A stretch of DNA of 64,000 bases from Paecilomyces variotii. Taxonomy: Eukaryota. This document shows, piece after piece, positions 49,484 through 61,640 of the stretch (position 1 is the first letter of the stretch; each line of letters begins with the position of its first letter). The stretch lies in assembly GCA_004022145.1 (NCBI GenBank), contig RCNU01000001.1. One strand, given 5' to 3'. The notes under the pieces were generated by a model. That model saw nothing but the letters and a program-made list of their open reading frames with translations. It had not been told where the DNA came from and made no database searches. The position numbers and the translations under genes are program-made.

Positions 49484-51551
49484 TTAGATTCCATCAAAGT
49501 CACCACCCGCGTCATCATCATCTATATCTCCTTCCTGGATCTCCTTGACCAGCTCCCTCTCCCTTTCACGAGCCTCCTGCGCGTTCTTCAGCTCCAGACG
49601 ATGTTGGTTCATGGGGAATCTCATAGCCTACAAAAAAAAGTTTCAATCAGTATCTAATGCTGCAAGCAAGTTTTGCGCTCGAGTAACATACCTTGACGTT
49701 TTCATCGTGGAGAGCCAGACAAGCACGGATTCGCTCGTGGAAGACTTCACCGGGTTCTCGGGTGGCGTAGATGTCGCCGACATCCTTGCTCTTCATGAAG
49801 CCCTGCTCATGGTCAAGGGTTGCCTCAATGACACCGTCCCGAATGGCCTTGGCAACAATGTACTCGGCAGACTCCTCACTCTCCAAGCCCAGACGGACAC
49901 AGATGTCACGCAGAGAGATTCGGGAGTACGACAGCGACATCATCCGAATACCCGTCTTGATCACGTTCTGGCGAAGACGCAGGATCAAGGTGTATGTGTT
50001 GTCCTTCCGGAACACCTCGCTGTAGTTGTTTACAATATCCAGGAATCCATCGAGGTCACCCGCGCTCACGGCCTGCACAAGCAGGAAGTAAGGGTGCAGT
50101 GCACGCTCAAGGGCTGGCTGACGGAAGAGCGAACGGTCGGGGATATCACCCATCAGGAGCTCAACGACGACAAGGAGCTTGGTGGAGGCCTGGTAGAAGC
50201 CGCCGGCAGTGGGAGTGGTCGGCGACTTACGCGTGGCTCCAACAAGATGTCCATGAGCGTCCGTGTACTGCAGTTGGATGGCGCGAAGTCTGCCCAGGTA
50301 GTACAGATAACGTGCGATCTGGTTATTCGAGGCAGTGGCGGGGAATTGGTTGTGAGAGATGAGTAGATCGGCTTGGGAGATATGAGACGTTGACAGGTAA
50401 TTGCGGAGGAGCAGCGTCGTCACACTAGCCTGAGTGTCGACATCTTTTCGGAGAACCGCTGTTCGGAGCGCTGCGAGCAGGGTAGGGCGGATCGAGATGA
50501 CGGCAGCTGCTGGTGACGGAGGAAGAGGCGACAGTTGTTCGAAGAAGAGGAAGTAGTAGAAATACACGCGAGCTGCAAGGGAGTCCAAGGTCCTCCGGTT
50601 CAGCGTCCGCAGTCGCTCGACCAGGCCCTGCGAGAATCGGGCGCCAGCCTGAACCTCTTTCTTGTCGTAGAGAGAAATCTGGACGAGGATGGAGAGATAG
50701 ACATCAACTTCTGGGAGGATTTCTCGAATGGCCGGCTTTGGCTTGTCGGAATCGAGCTCCATCTTCGAGGTGGGCACAGCATACTTGTAGGCGTCCGCCT
50801 TGCCGATGGCCTCCAGCAGAAACGAGGCTGTCGAACTCGAGCTAGGATATGTGTCCACCACAACCTCTGCCAGCACATCCGGGGTGAGGTATTTCCGCAT
50901 CGAAGAGATCGACCGCAAGACCCGGAGGGTAAATCTGGGGTCAAAGTGGGTCACCGCACGCTCCAGGAGAACGAAGTTGGTCTTGATATCTGTGAGTGAA
51001 AGGAGATAGCATTAGCATGATCTAGTCCATCAGGTATCGCAGAGGATCTGCGCAGGCCTACCTTGCACCGTCTTCTCGTATGGATCGACTTCAGGCTCTT
51101 TCGCCTCCTCCTCCTCAGCGCCTTCCATCGCGACGTCTTCTTCCTTGTCCTGGCCCGGTTGTCCGGATAATCTAGAACCCTTCGAGGGGGGCACTACAAC
51201 AGTCATCTTCTCGTCACCATCGCGATTCGTGCTGTTGGAGCTTGACGATGTAGGCCCACCTGCCGTATCCTCTTCCATAACCACGTCTTCCGAACCGTTC
51301 ACGCCATTCTCTACACGCTCAGAGCCATTGGCATGCGGCTGCTCGTTCCCACTCATCTCGGAGTTTGCGTTGCTCTTCGCGCCCTTCTTGGCTGGGGCCG
51401 CTTTGGCCTTGTTCGCCGCAGATCGGGTTGTCGGGGTGGCCTTGTCCTTGGAGCTCGAACTCTGGGATCCGGAGCGTGTTTTCTCACCGTTGGCCGACGA
51501 CGAAGGGTCGGCCTTGCTGTTTGACCTTAGAGAACGTCTCTCGGCCGGCAT
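49484..51551 (-). CDS. RPN3: 26S proteasome lid subunit Rpn3 (PCI domain)
   Basis: Three exons; FDPRFTLRVLR, LNRRTLD, ARYLYYLGR, LRQNVIKTGIR, AEYIVAKAIRDGVIEA and FHERIRACL motifs; acidic C-terminus. Confidence 0.96.
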
Positions 51552-52210
51552 CTTTCCAGCTGGGAGCTCAGTTCACACGACGGGGTCCAACAGCACCAGC
51601 GAGGAAGGGGAAGACCGAGGTCCAAGACGGAACGAAAAGCTTCCAGGAACAAGCCAAGAAGCCTCTGATCCGAAGGGCGGCTGAAAAAGGAAAAATGATA
51701 AAATAGATGCGCTTGTTGAGGTGAAGACAGAGTCGATGGGAGGAGGTTGATGGTGAGGTGATGTCAAGGCAGAGGTCGAGAGGTTCCCGTCAGCTCAGGT
51801 TGAAGGGGCGGGCTTACTCAGCGCTTCGCTGCCTGCTGCTTGCGACAGCACAGCACAGCTCCAACGCAGCACGACCCCGCGCTATCCAGCAGGGCCAGCA
51901 GGGAGAGTTGTTGCTTAGAGGCCCAGATGGTCTACTCTAGTTCTTTTTTTTAATTTTGGTGCTGGAGCAGATCAGAATGGTCCACGACCGCTGGTGACTG
52001 CAATCTCGTGCCAGGGAGCTCTTGGTTCCTGAGGCAGAAACAGCTGCACGCGGATAGCTTGGCGCTGTCTTTGTTGACAGAAGCACTTCGTGATATTTAA
52101 TTTATACTCTCTTCAACTTGAAGACTATCTGGCCGCATTTCATTTACTGGCGACGTGCGCATGGTTAAATCTCCTTCTACTCCAACACAGCCTCTCAGTC
52201 AATTGCAGCC

Positions 52211-53018
52211 ATGTCTCTCCTCGAGAACCATATAGAGCAGATAGCTCTCTCTTCCGCTGCCATCGCGGAGCTACCGTGCGAATTCCCCGCCATGGCTCGT
52301 ATACTCGACAGGACGCGATGCTGACAGAACATTGTATTGTAGTTTCCCTCCCCCCAGGATGTTCACAACTGCTTTGCTCAGTCCCCACGAGATCACCGCT
52401 CTCATCCGTGACACAGAGGCTCATGAACGGGCCCTCTTTTCCATCGACCCCGCCGCAAAGCCCCTCAAGTCGGGTCAGCGACGAATGACACGAAGGGGGA
52501 CGATGTTCCCTGGGGAGGGCGAGGGGGAGTCCATGGCGAGTCGCATCTATGCTGCAAGAAACAACAGGAATCAGTCTGCTGTCGCGAGGGTACTGGGTAC
52601 GGATATGATGGAGGAGATCAAGAGATCGACCGGGACATCTACGCGAGCTCCTCGTGGTGAGGTCAACGTAGAGGTGCTCCTGCGGGGTGCTGAGATCTTG
52701 TGCAATGTGTACCCCATTCCTGGTGCCTTTGACAAGATCTCGACCCTTCGATACCGTCACGACCAGATCAATGCATCAATCGCCCAGCTCGAAGACCGGG
52801 TGGCCGACAATTCGGCACAGCTGGAGCAGATGAGCCGCGATGACGGGGACTACTACAACCATGCTGAGGCGGTCGAGAGCCAACCAGAAGTGCCGGACGT
52901 CTCAGATGAAGATATCCAACGCGAACTTGAGGAGATCAGGGAACTAGAACGGCGGAAGAGGAAGCTGGAGGACCGTGTCAGCGGCATGGAAAGAGATCTG
53001 GGCGGCCTCATGCGATGA
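52211..53018 (+). CDS. SPC34: DASH/Dam1 complex subunit Spc34
   Basis: MSLLENHIEQIALSSAAIAELP|FPPPRMFTTALL…ITALIRDTEAHERALF…VEVLLRGAEILCNVYP followed by a coiled coil. Confidence 0.9.
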
Positions 53019-54469
53019 GTATTCTACTTATCGGATTCAGCGTGGACTGTGCGAACAAACTATTTCTCGAAACGCACCATTCTCCATGATAATCAGACGA
53101 AACCAGATACGGGAATTACTTCCACCGTATCAGCACCGCTTGACTGCGATCGGCAGGTCTATACTGTTCAGAGCACCAGGCGTGGAACTTGCAAATACTT
53201 CTCTGCAGTCAGAGGGCACCATTTCGGCCACATGGGACAGATGGCCAGTTTCCGGAATGAAGGCTCTTTGAACGTGCATTATAGTTACTACGTGCACAGC
53301 AGCATATATCCGATAGGTTCACCGCCTTCATGGCCACCTATCTAGAAAGCGCTGTGTGAGTATATAATGCAGTTACCTATCGTCCGGAGAGATATTGCTC
53401 TCCATGCATATCTCTCCAGTGGGACTATCCTCTATCATCAGCAAAGAGCAAAGCAGACAGGGAACAGCATGCATCTTCTTGTTCCACAAGTTATTCCCGA
53501 CTTCGATCACGGAGAATATCCCACGGTAGCGATCCCTCAAGGGCAGCAATCTCCCTGCTCCCGTTTCTGGAAATCCACTGGCTGTTCTGTTGTCAAGTCA
53601 GTTTCAGCAACCGGAAAATTGACCAAATAACCCCGATGATCTGTTCTGCTTGCCGATTAGATGGTGCCCATGTGGTTATTTCTCAAACATACTTTCACCC
53701 TTTAGTGAAATCATGTCCAGCTAGGGATGCCATTACAGTTAAAGTGTACAACGCGGATACTATTTATACCGTACTATTATTGGGGACAATAGAGATTTTC
53801 ATTAACGCCTATTCAATTCAATGCGAGATTCTCTACTTCTGATCTGCTTACAGCTTAGGTAACCAGTAACTGTCCAGCGTAGCTCCCCTCAGAATATCTT
53901 GCTCGCTTCTATAGATAATAGAGCAAGATTAATACCCGTGAAGATCAGGGTTAAAATCATGTCAACCTTGATAGTAGTGTCTGTATTGACGATACCCAAT
54001 CTATTGATCGTAGTTCTTTGTTCTATAATCCAGCACAGCGGTTACTGTGCACATCTGCCTTGTCACCGCCGGTTATTCACCGAACGCAACTTATTGAAGG
54101 ACACCTACGACACGTACATTAGTAGAATAGCCTCCAAAAAACCGCCAGGTATAGAGTGTTATCAAACGCTGACCTGCAGACCCCCTTTTGGAGCCTGAGG
54201 TCGCGCCAAGACTCCTCCCGACGTCGAACCTCCGCGGATCGATATCCAACACCATCCCGCCGCAGCCTCAGCGCCTTCGCCTCCGTCACGTCGGGCCGTG
54301 CAACTTTCTGCTGCTCCATCGTCTGTTCCTAGTTGATACGCTTCTTTCATCCTTTCTCGAGACTCGACGGCGCTGAATCGGTCAATCGTCCGGCGGCGTC
54401 TTTATCCGATAAGAACAGGAGACCAACCCATCGCGAGAACCAACAGCTTTTTACAAAGCCGTCCACACC

Positions 54470-56450
54470 ATGGACGGCTCTGGCGCTGCTACGGGCCAGC
54501 CCATTGTTCCCCCTCAGCAGCAGGCACAGCTGATTCGGACTGATCAAGTGCAGAAGCTGCCGCATCTCAACGATCAGCAGAAGGCCCAGCATGCGCAGCT
54601 GGTCCGCAACCTCTGGGAGATACTCAACAGCCGTGACCCGCAGAGTCCAGAGTATCAAAATGCGCAGCTGAAGCTCACGCAGCTATCGCAGAATCTGATG
54701 AAAGGCATGCGGCTCTTTCAGCAGAACCGCCAACAGCAGGCCCTGCAGCAGCAGCAGGCCCAAGCCGCCGCTGCAGCTCAGCAGGGCCAGCCAGTTCAAC
54801 GCCCGCAAGCTGCGAATCCCCAGTCGTTCAACCAGCTTCTGCCTCAGATCCAGCAGAAGGTCAACACCTTACACTTCTTTCTTCCCCCGAACATCAGCAA
54901 GGAGCAGACGCAGACATGGCTGCCGGAGGCGAGGTTGAGATATGGAATCGCGCTGCAGAAGCAGGAGATCGGAAGGGCGCGTATGAATGAGCTGCGACAG
55001 CAGTTTGCGCAGCGACAGAGCGCGGGAAACGTGACGCAGGAGGAAATGCAGGAGTTCAAGAATCGACAGGTGGCGGCGGAGAAACTCTTTCGTGAAGGGA
55101 GTGACTTCCTCAACAAGTTCAAGGAACAGCAGGAAAGCTTCAAGACTCAGCAACAGAATCAAACTCAAACCCTCAACCGGCCTACAGTGCCAAATGCGCC
55201 AACTCAGGGACAGCCACAGCAGGCTGGCCCTGACCAGGCTCAAGCTGCTGCTGCTGCTGAAGCTCAAGCCCAGGCGCAGGCTCAGGCGCAAGCACAGGCT
55301 CAAGCCCAAGCTCAAGCCCAAGCCCAAGCACAAGCACAGGCGCAGGCGCAGGCACAGGCTCAAGCTCAGGCAGCTCAAGCTCAAGCTCGTCCAGCGAATG
55401 CTCCTGCTCAGATGCATCCAGGTCAGGCTCAGCCTCCAGCGGCGCACACAATCAACTCTGCTGTAACTGCCGCCCGCCATCAGGCCGGGCAGGCGGCGAT
55501 GTCGCCTTCGACTTCCCAGCCTGGGCAGACACCGACATCGCAAGGCCAGGCGCAGACGGCGACACCTCAGCCAGGGCAGATGGGCGCGCAAGCTGGATTT
55601 CACCAAACACCAAGTCAGCCGGCGGAGAACACACCGACACCTGGGGGCGTTCCTCAGCAACCTCCAACCCAGCAAGGCCCGCCCCGTCCATTGTCACATA
55701 AAGCCGCCATGGCACAAGCCGCTCAAAACTACACCAACTATAACAACCAGCAGCAACAACAACAAAACGTTGCTCAGCCAGCTGCCAACACCCACGCGCA
55801 TCCTCAGTACATTAATAACCGGCCTCCTGAGACCAACACTCGCAACGTCAACATGGCTATTCCGAAGAATCTGAATGTCCCTCCACCAGAGCCTGTCTCT
55901 ATGGGTCCTGCTCGCCCTACCTTGTCCGGTGGACCCAGCCACGGCGCGATGGGCATGATGGGCCAGCCCGCCATCCAGAAGCACCCGGGATACGTTCTTG
56001 AGGGCGAGGGTCAGCGCGTTCTGAGCAAGAAGATGCTCGATACCCTGGTTCGTCAGGTCACTGGCGGTGGTGAAGGTGAAGGACTCACTCCTGACGCTGA
56101 AGAGGTAAGAATTTGATATCCCCCTGATGCGCTGTGGATATTAGCGAGGACATCATATTTTTTTTTTCCTTGTATCTTTAACTAACTCACCCTAGTTCGT
56201 TCTTCAAATGGCGGACGACTTTGTTGACGACGTGATCACCGCTGCTTGTCGCTTGGCCAAGCTTCGTCCCTCCTCCACCCTGGAGATTCGCGACATCCAA
56301 CTGGTGCTCGAGCGCAACTACAACATGCGCATCTCTGGTTTCTCGACTGACGACCTGCGCACCGTGAAGAAGCCGCAACCGTCCCAGGGATGGATGCAAA
56401 AGATGTCCGCTGTCCAAGCCGCCAAGGTCACCCAGGGCAAGGTCGAGTGA
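54470..56450 (+). CDS. TAF12: TFIID/SAGA subunit Taf12
   Basis: Long Gln-rich N-terminus; histone fold [14 protein letters not shown]…[27 protein letters not shown]…[17 protein letters not shown]; intron at about 56105-56195. Confidence 0.95.
55262..55369 (+). repeat. Coding (Ala-Gln)18 dipeptide repeat in TAF12
   Basis: 18 consecutive GCN-CAR units with mixed synonymous codons. Confidence 0.9.
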
Positions 56451-58395
56451 TTTGTTCCATGCGGTATCGACAAGCCTCGACATCTGCCTCCGCACAGCGG
56501 TCCACACTTGTGGTTTTCACGAAAAAAACAAAACAAAAACAACCTGTATCATTGGCGTTCTCAGGGAGGATCATCCGAAAGGGTTACAGCATGGAGTCTT
56601 GTCTTTATGTGGCGTCAGACGGCTATGTTGTGCTTAGTCCTTGGAGTTTCTGTTGTGGTGGGAAGATGGCGCTCATTATGGGAGTAGTATCAGGACGAGG
56701 ATGTTCAAACAGCGAAAATAAATAATTCTCAGTCCAATCTTGCTACAATACTTTCTCACTTGCCTTTCTCTTGTAAATGATAATATCAAGATAATGGTAG
56801 CTTATCACCCTCTACATCGCCAACTCTTTTCTACAAAGATATTATCTCTAACCACACCACCATCAACCCTAACTTCCCATCATGATCCTTTCAAATCTCC
56901 TCATGTCTCCCGGTAAATAAACCAAAAACACACTCTTCATTTGAAGCTCACCATATCGTACGTAATACATCCCACTACCGCACCCAACTCAACTCAGCAC
57001 AACACAACACACATAAAACAAAATCCTCATCTCAGATTTCACTCACTATTAAACTCAAGTTCCCAAATTTCCATAACCCGTATTATGTTTCACTCGTCAA
57101 CTCGTCTTCTCTTTCGGAATAAGAAATCTCCCACAACATCGAAGTTAGATATTGGATGGAGTTCTATTATGAGTAACTGATTCTTATCTTCATTCTCATT
57201 CCTCGTTTTCGTGAGCGTATATCCAATTTCTGCTTTATGTCGTACCTTTGTTTTAGGAGGAGCAGTTTCGGCAAGATACTTCTCTCTACTCGCTCATGAC
57301 TCGGATGTTGGACTTAACTTTTACTGTCGGGATGAGGGTAGTTGTATTATCTAGATTCACGGGACTGAGCATGCAAGGTATATACGTATCTTGAGATATC
57401 CAACATTATACTTCCATATCAATCATATCTACAGATCCTTCCTTCTAGTCAACTCTACACCTCTACCAGGACAAGCTGCATAATCGAATCGCATAATATT
57501 GGTATCATTTTAGTTAGCTGACCTTGCTATGTTCTATTTTCTTTCGACTGAATGGTTTGCGCTGAAAAGGGACACCCAATAAGGCACGTCTCGCGAACGC
57601 TTCAGATTCGAACAAAGGAGACGCAAAACAACCCGATGATGGAATCCACAGACGAAAAAAAAAAAAAAAAAAAAAAGACAATACCAAGAAAAGACAAGGA
57701 AAAGCGAGATGGAATTACATGAGAGACTCCGCGATGCAATATGTAGAACTTGTTATGTGATACAGTAGGAAAAAAGAAAAGAGATTGAAAGGAAAAAGAC
57801 TGCTAGCAGGGGCTTTCCAAGCCGGTCTATAACGTGATCGGGTAGGGATCTCATACCCAAACTGGAGTAGACGAGAATCGTGGGAAAAAAAACAGGAAAA
57901 GAGAAGAAAAGAAAAAGGGAATATTTTGCTGTACGCCGTAGATTGCAACCGGCGGACGGGTATGTGGTCTCGATCCGGACATTCAAACGAGCCTTAAAAG
58001 AATGATTAACAGGCCGCTCAAATGCGCAACTGGGCGCTGGCCAAGCTCGAAAATCTCTTGATGACCGGTCACACTTTGTAAATGAAAGACGATAAGTAGG
58101 AGTAAAGAGATACAACAGATGCCAGAGAGCCAGAGAGTATAAGGCATGCAGACAAGGAGCGCCGATCGTGACAACATCAACCCGACGCCTAAGCCTGCTG
58201 AACGTTGCGAACGCAGTGCAACTGCACGGCTAACACAGCAGAGCGAATTAGGATATGCCACATCTGGATATGACATGAGCCAAAGCGGAAATGGTCTTTT
58301 GATGAAGGAATAAGCTTTATTGCCCAGGAAAGCTTTGTCGAGCAATGATTCAATGGCGCGAAATGATCGAGTCAAACAGGTCATTATGAGGGAAC

Positions 58396-61133
58396 TCATC
58401 GTTCCGCTTGGAGTCGACCATTGGCATAGTCAGCCCCGTCGCCCTTTTCAGTCAAAGTGCCTCGCCGTCCACGCGGTAGGAAGCCATTTGCTTGGCCTTG
58501 CCCATCTTTTTCTGGCACGGGCGGGGGAACATCCACTTGGCTGCGCTCATGCTCATGCTGGCCGGCGCCCGCTTCGCCGTCTTCCTGGACAACGGGCAAC
58601 GTCGATGGCCCGCCGGTACTCGATGCGTCCGTGGGATCTCGCATGGTGGTCAGAGTTCGTGTTTGCGGCTCTGGCCCATCTTTAACCGCCTGTTTCTCCG
58701 CTGCTCGCATCGTCCTTTCAACGGCCGGCTCATGGAAGCCTTGGCCTCGTGCTGGATCCACGTTAGGTTCGCCCGATGCGCGAGCCACGCTTTGCCGTTC
58801 CGCTTCTTCCTTGGACATGGTAATGCCCGTGATGAAGTTGATGAAACGCTCTCCATAACTCTCCGGTGGAACGGGCGATATTTGCGTCCTGTTATGCGAG
58901 AGACCTTTCCAGAAATTCTCTGCCTTCTTCACCATCCCGTACTACATGGAGTCAGTCTGCTGCACAGGTATCTAGGGGTCTAATCTGCAACTTACGTGAG
59001 TCAGACAGTCTATAATTCCAAGATAATAGATCTCATCCCCCGGCTGGCCATTCTCGTGGGTGGCTCTGAAACCACCGTCGTCGGAGTAGAAAACGAGATT
59101 CTTCCTCTCGTCGAGAATCTCATCCGGCATCCGCGCTGCAGTCTGTTCTAACGGTACAGGTCGTTCCCGCTGGAGTGTCATCCTCAGCTCTCGAGCTTTT
59201 CGCGCGCTCTCGAGCTTGGATGGTGTCCGCGTCAACATGCTATGGCTCTCATCATCATCGCGGTCGCCGCCAGGTTGGAAAACCTGTAATGTCTTATCAC
59301 GGAGTTTCTCCTCGTTCCCCTTCTGCAGGTCATGAATCCCCACTAATAGCGAGTAATCCATGATCTTGAGTCTCTGTAGTAAGCGCACATCTCTCTTCAA
59401 CTGGGCGATGAAGATTTCCTTCTTCATCGGGCCGCACTCAAGATGTCGATTTCTCCGGAGCCAGTTGAGGTCCTTCATTGTCGCCCTCGGATTCTTCTCC
59501 AGATCCTCCTCGCGCAAATCACGACCGATGGTCGAGCCCTTCAAATCGTACATCTGATGGATATCTCGATGTGGCGGGAAGAGGTTGTTCATGACGACGA
59601 AATGGATCTTTCGACCGTAGGCCATCTTGACCCGATGCAAGCCGTAGAACTGAGAGATTAAGGTATTAGGGTTGTTCATGATGTGGTGGTAATAGTCGCG
59701 GAGGATTCTCCGTAGCAACTTGTGCTCGGAGTGGTGTATCGTCTTGATGATGTACTTGTAGTCTCTGGAGAAGTAGAAGAAGCTCCCACTCTTGCCGGGG
59801 GAACCCAATTCCGAAAGAATGTATTTACTCGTGAGGGACATGAGATAGTCAGCAGGGTCGAGCTTGAACTGAGCTCGTAGCCGCCTAAACACCCAAGGTG
59901 CATAGTCTTTGAATTTGAAATCGTATTTGGCAGACGGTGTCAACTCGTTGCCAGTTCTGCTTGGGTTAGACTCGCGACCCAAAATGCTCACAAAAGGACT
60001 GCAACTTACATATCGAAGGAAAACTTCTGCTTCGCTTCAAAATCCGCATCTGTCAACTCCCGGTCCATCTTTGCATTTATCCGCGACACGGTGAACCGGA
60101 TTCCCGTCAACATGTTGTACGCAGTCACCCAGTTCACATGGTTCTGGTCCACTTTCGTGCCCACAATCACCCGATCGTCATCTTCCTCCTCGCGACGCTT
60201 CTTCTTCGCTCTCTTCTGCTTGATAGCTTCCGCCCATCGCGCAGCATCCTCGTCTGGGGGCACTTCCTCGGCGGGGAGATCCGACTGGAGTGATCTCGTC
60301 GTCCGCCTGGCCAGGCTCATCGACGTCCTTCGCATACCTGCCGTGGGAGAAAAGCGACCGCTGGTGGTAGCCGTGTCCTCAGACACTTCCCTGCTGTTCC
60401 TGCGGCCAGTACTCGTTCGGGGAACCTGAAGGGTATGTCGATATGCGAGCCCTTGATTCGGGGCTGCTTGGCTATTGTCTGAGAGCGACGGTGCCGGCGG
60501 TGACGAATATCGATGGGCCGTTCCCGCTCGACTTCCCGGGGCCAGTCTGTCAGGCTCAAATGATGAGCGCCCAGGGTCCGGGGCAGAAGTCGACACGGGG
60601 ATGGCCGTACTCTTGGGGTCGATCTCCTCAGAATATCGGTGGTAGTAGTCGCCATTAGCAGTCGGTTTGGAACCGGCCGATCGATAACTGGACGATTCTC
60701 CATTCACCTGCGGCGTGGCTGGCAGCTGTTTTGACGTTGAAGCGGTGCCATTCGGCATGTCCGTCGATCTCCTCGTGGTCTGTCCATCCAGCGTTGTTGA
60801 CCCCCTTCTCGTCTCCTTGCTCTCGCGCACCGCACCACCCGCCAAGGAGTGCGTACTGCTATCCTTCGACTGGAGCAGGTCGCGATTATGGGACCCGATA
60901 CTGGATCGGGGACCGTTCAGCGAATATGCGCTGCCATTCTTCAGATTGCTGAAAATCGGATGGGGATCGGATTGATTGGGGTCGAAGTGGCCCGAATCAC
61001 CATTGGGGGTGTACAGGAAGGTATTCCCGACGGGGGCCTTGTCGTGGGATTTGCGATGCTGCTGATCGAACGGATGGGGGGGATTTGTCGTCGCGGTCGG
61101 GTATTGACTCTCACTCGCGGCGAAAGATGGCAT
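58396..61133 (-). CDS. MSS4: Phosphatidylinositol-4-phosphate 5-kinase
   Basis: Three exons; [50 protein letters not shown] and [10 protein letters not shown] motifs. Confidence 0.97.
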
Positions 61134-61595
61134 GGTGACTCGGACGACGAACCAGGGTCAGTGAGTGACGTGAGGCCTGCGTGGGACCTCCAGTCTCAGG
61201 GACCTCAGAACCTCTCTCGAGCAGACGCCACAAACGAGACGATGGAAACAAGCAACCACAAAAGTATCCCAAGAATCTGGGGGAGGGAGGTTGTCCCAAA
61301 CGAAAGAAGGGGGTTGGAGAGAGGAGATGCGGCGTGGTCGGGGATCGAGTTGGAAGCACCGAGCCGGGAGGGCCTGGCAAAGCGGTTCAGCGACCGATAA
61401 GCATGTTAGAGTTGACTGGGACTGCCAAGTAGGAACGACAGCAGATGAACGGCCAACAAGCAGATCGAGAGGCTGTCTGTGATCGTCGTTGTCGTCGGGG
61501 TATCAGGCTGAAAGGGGGAAAGTTGAATCAATTTCCTGACCGTTTCCACGATGGGGGGGGTTAAGAGAGGCGGGCAGGGGAAGACAAAGACAAAG

Positions 61596-61640
61596 ACCAG
61601 ATCAGATCAGACCAGACCAGACCAGACCAGACCAGACCAG
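61596..61640 (+). repeat. (ACCAG)n pentanucleotide microsatellite upstream of MSS4
   Basis: ACCAG ATCAG ATCAG followed by (ACCAG)6, then a GA-rich tract at about 61674-61715. Confidence 0.9.

Noticed and set aside
56865-56873. AACCCTAAC as a telomerase RNA template
   Set aside because: A single 9-mer in AT-rich DNA between convergent 3' ends, with no recognisable pseudoknot or CR4/5-like context.
61596-61640. CRISPR-like or other spaced repeat array
   Set aside because: A simple pentanucleotide microsatellite without spacers, in eukaryotic context.
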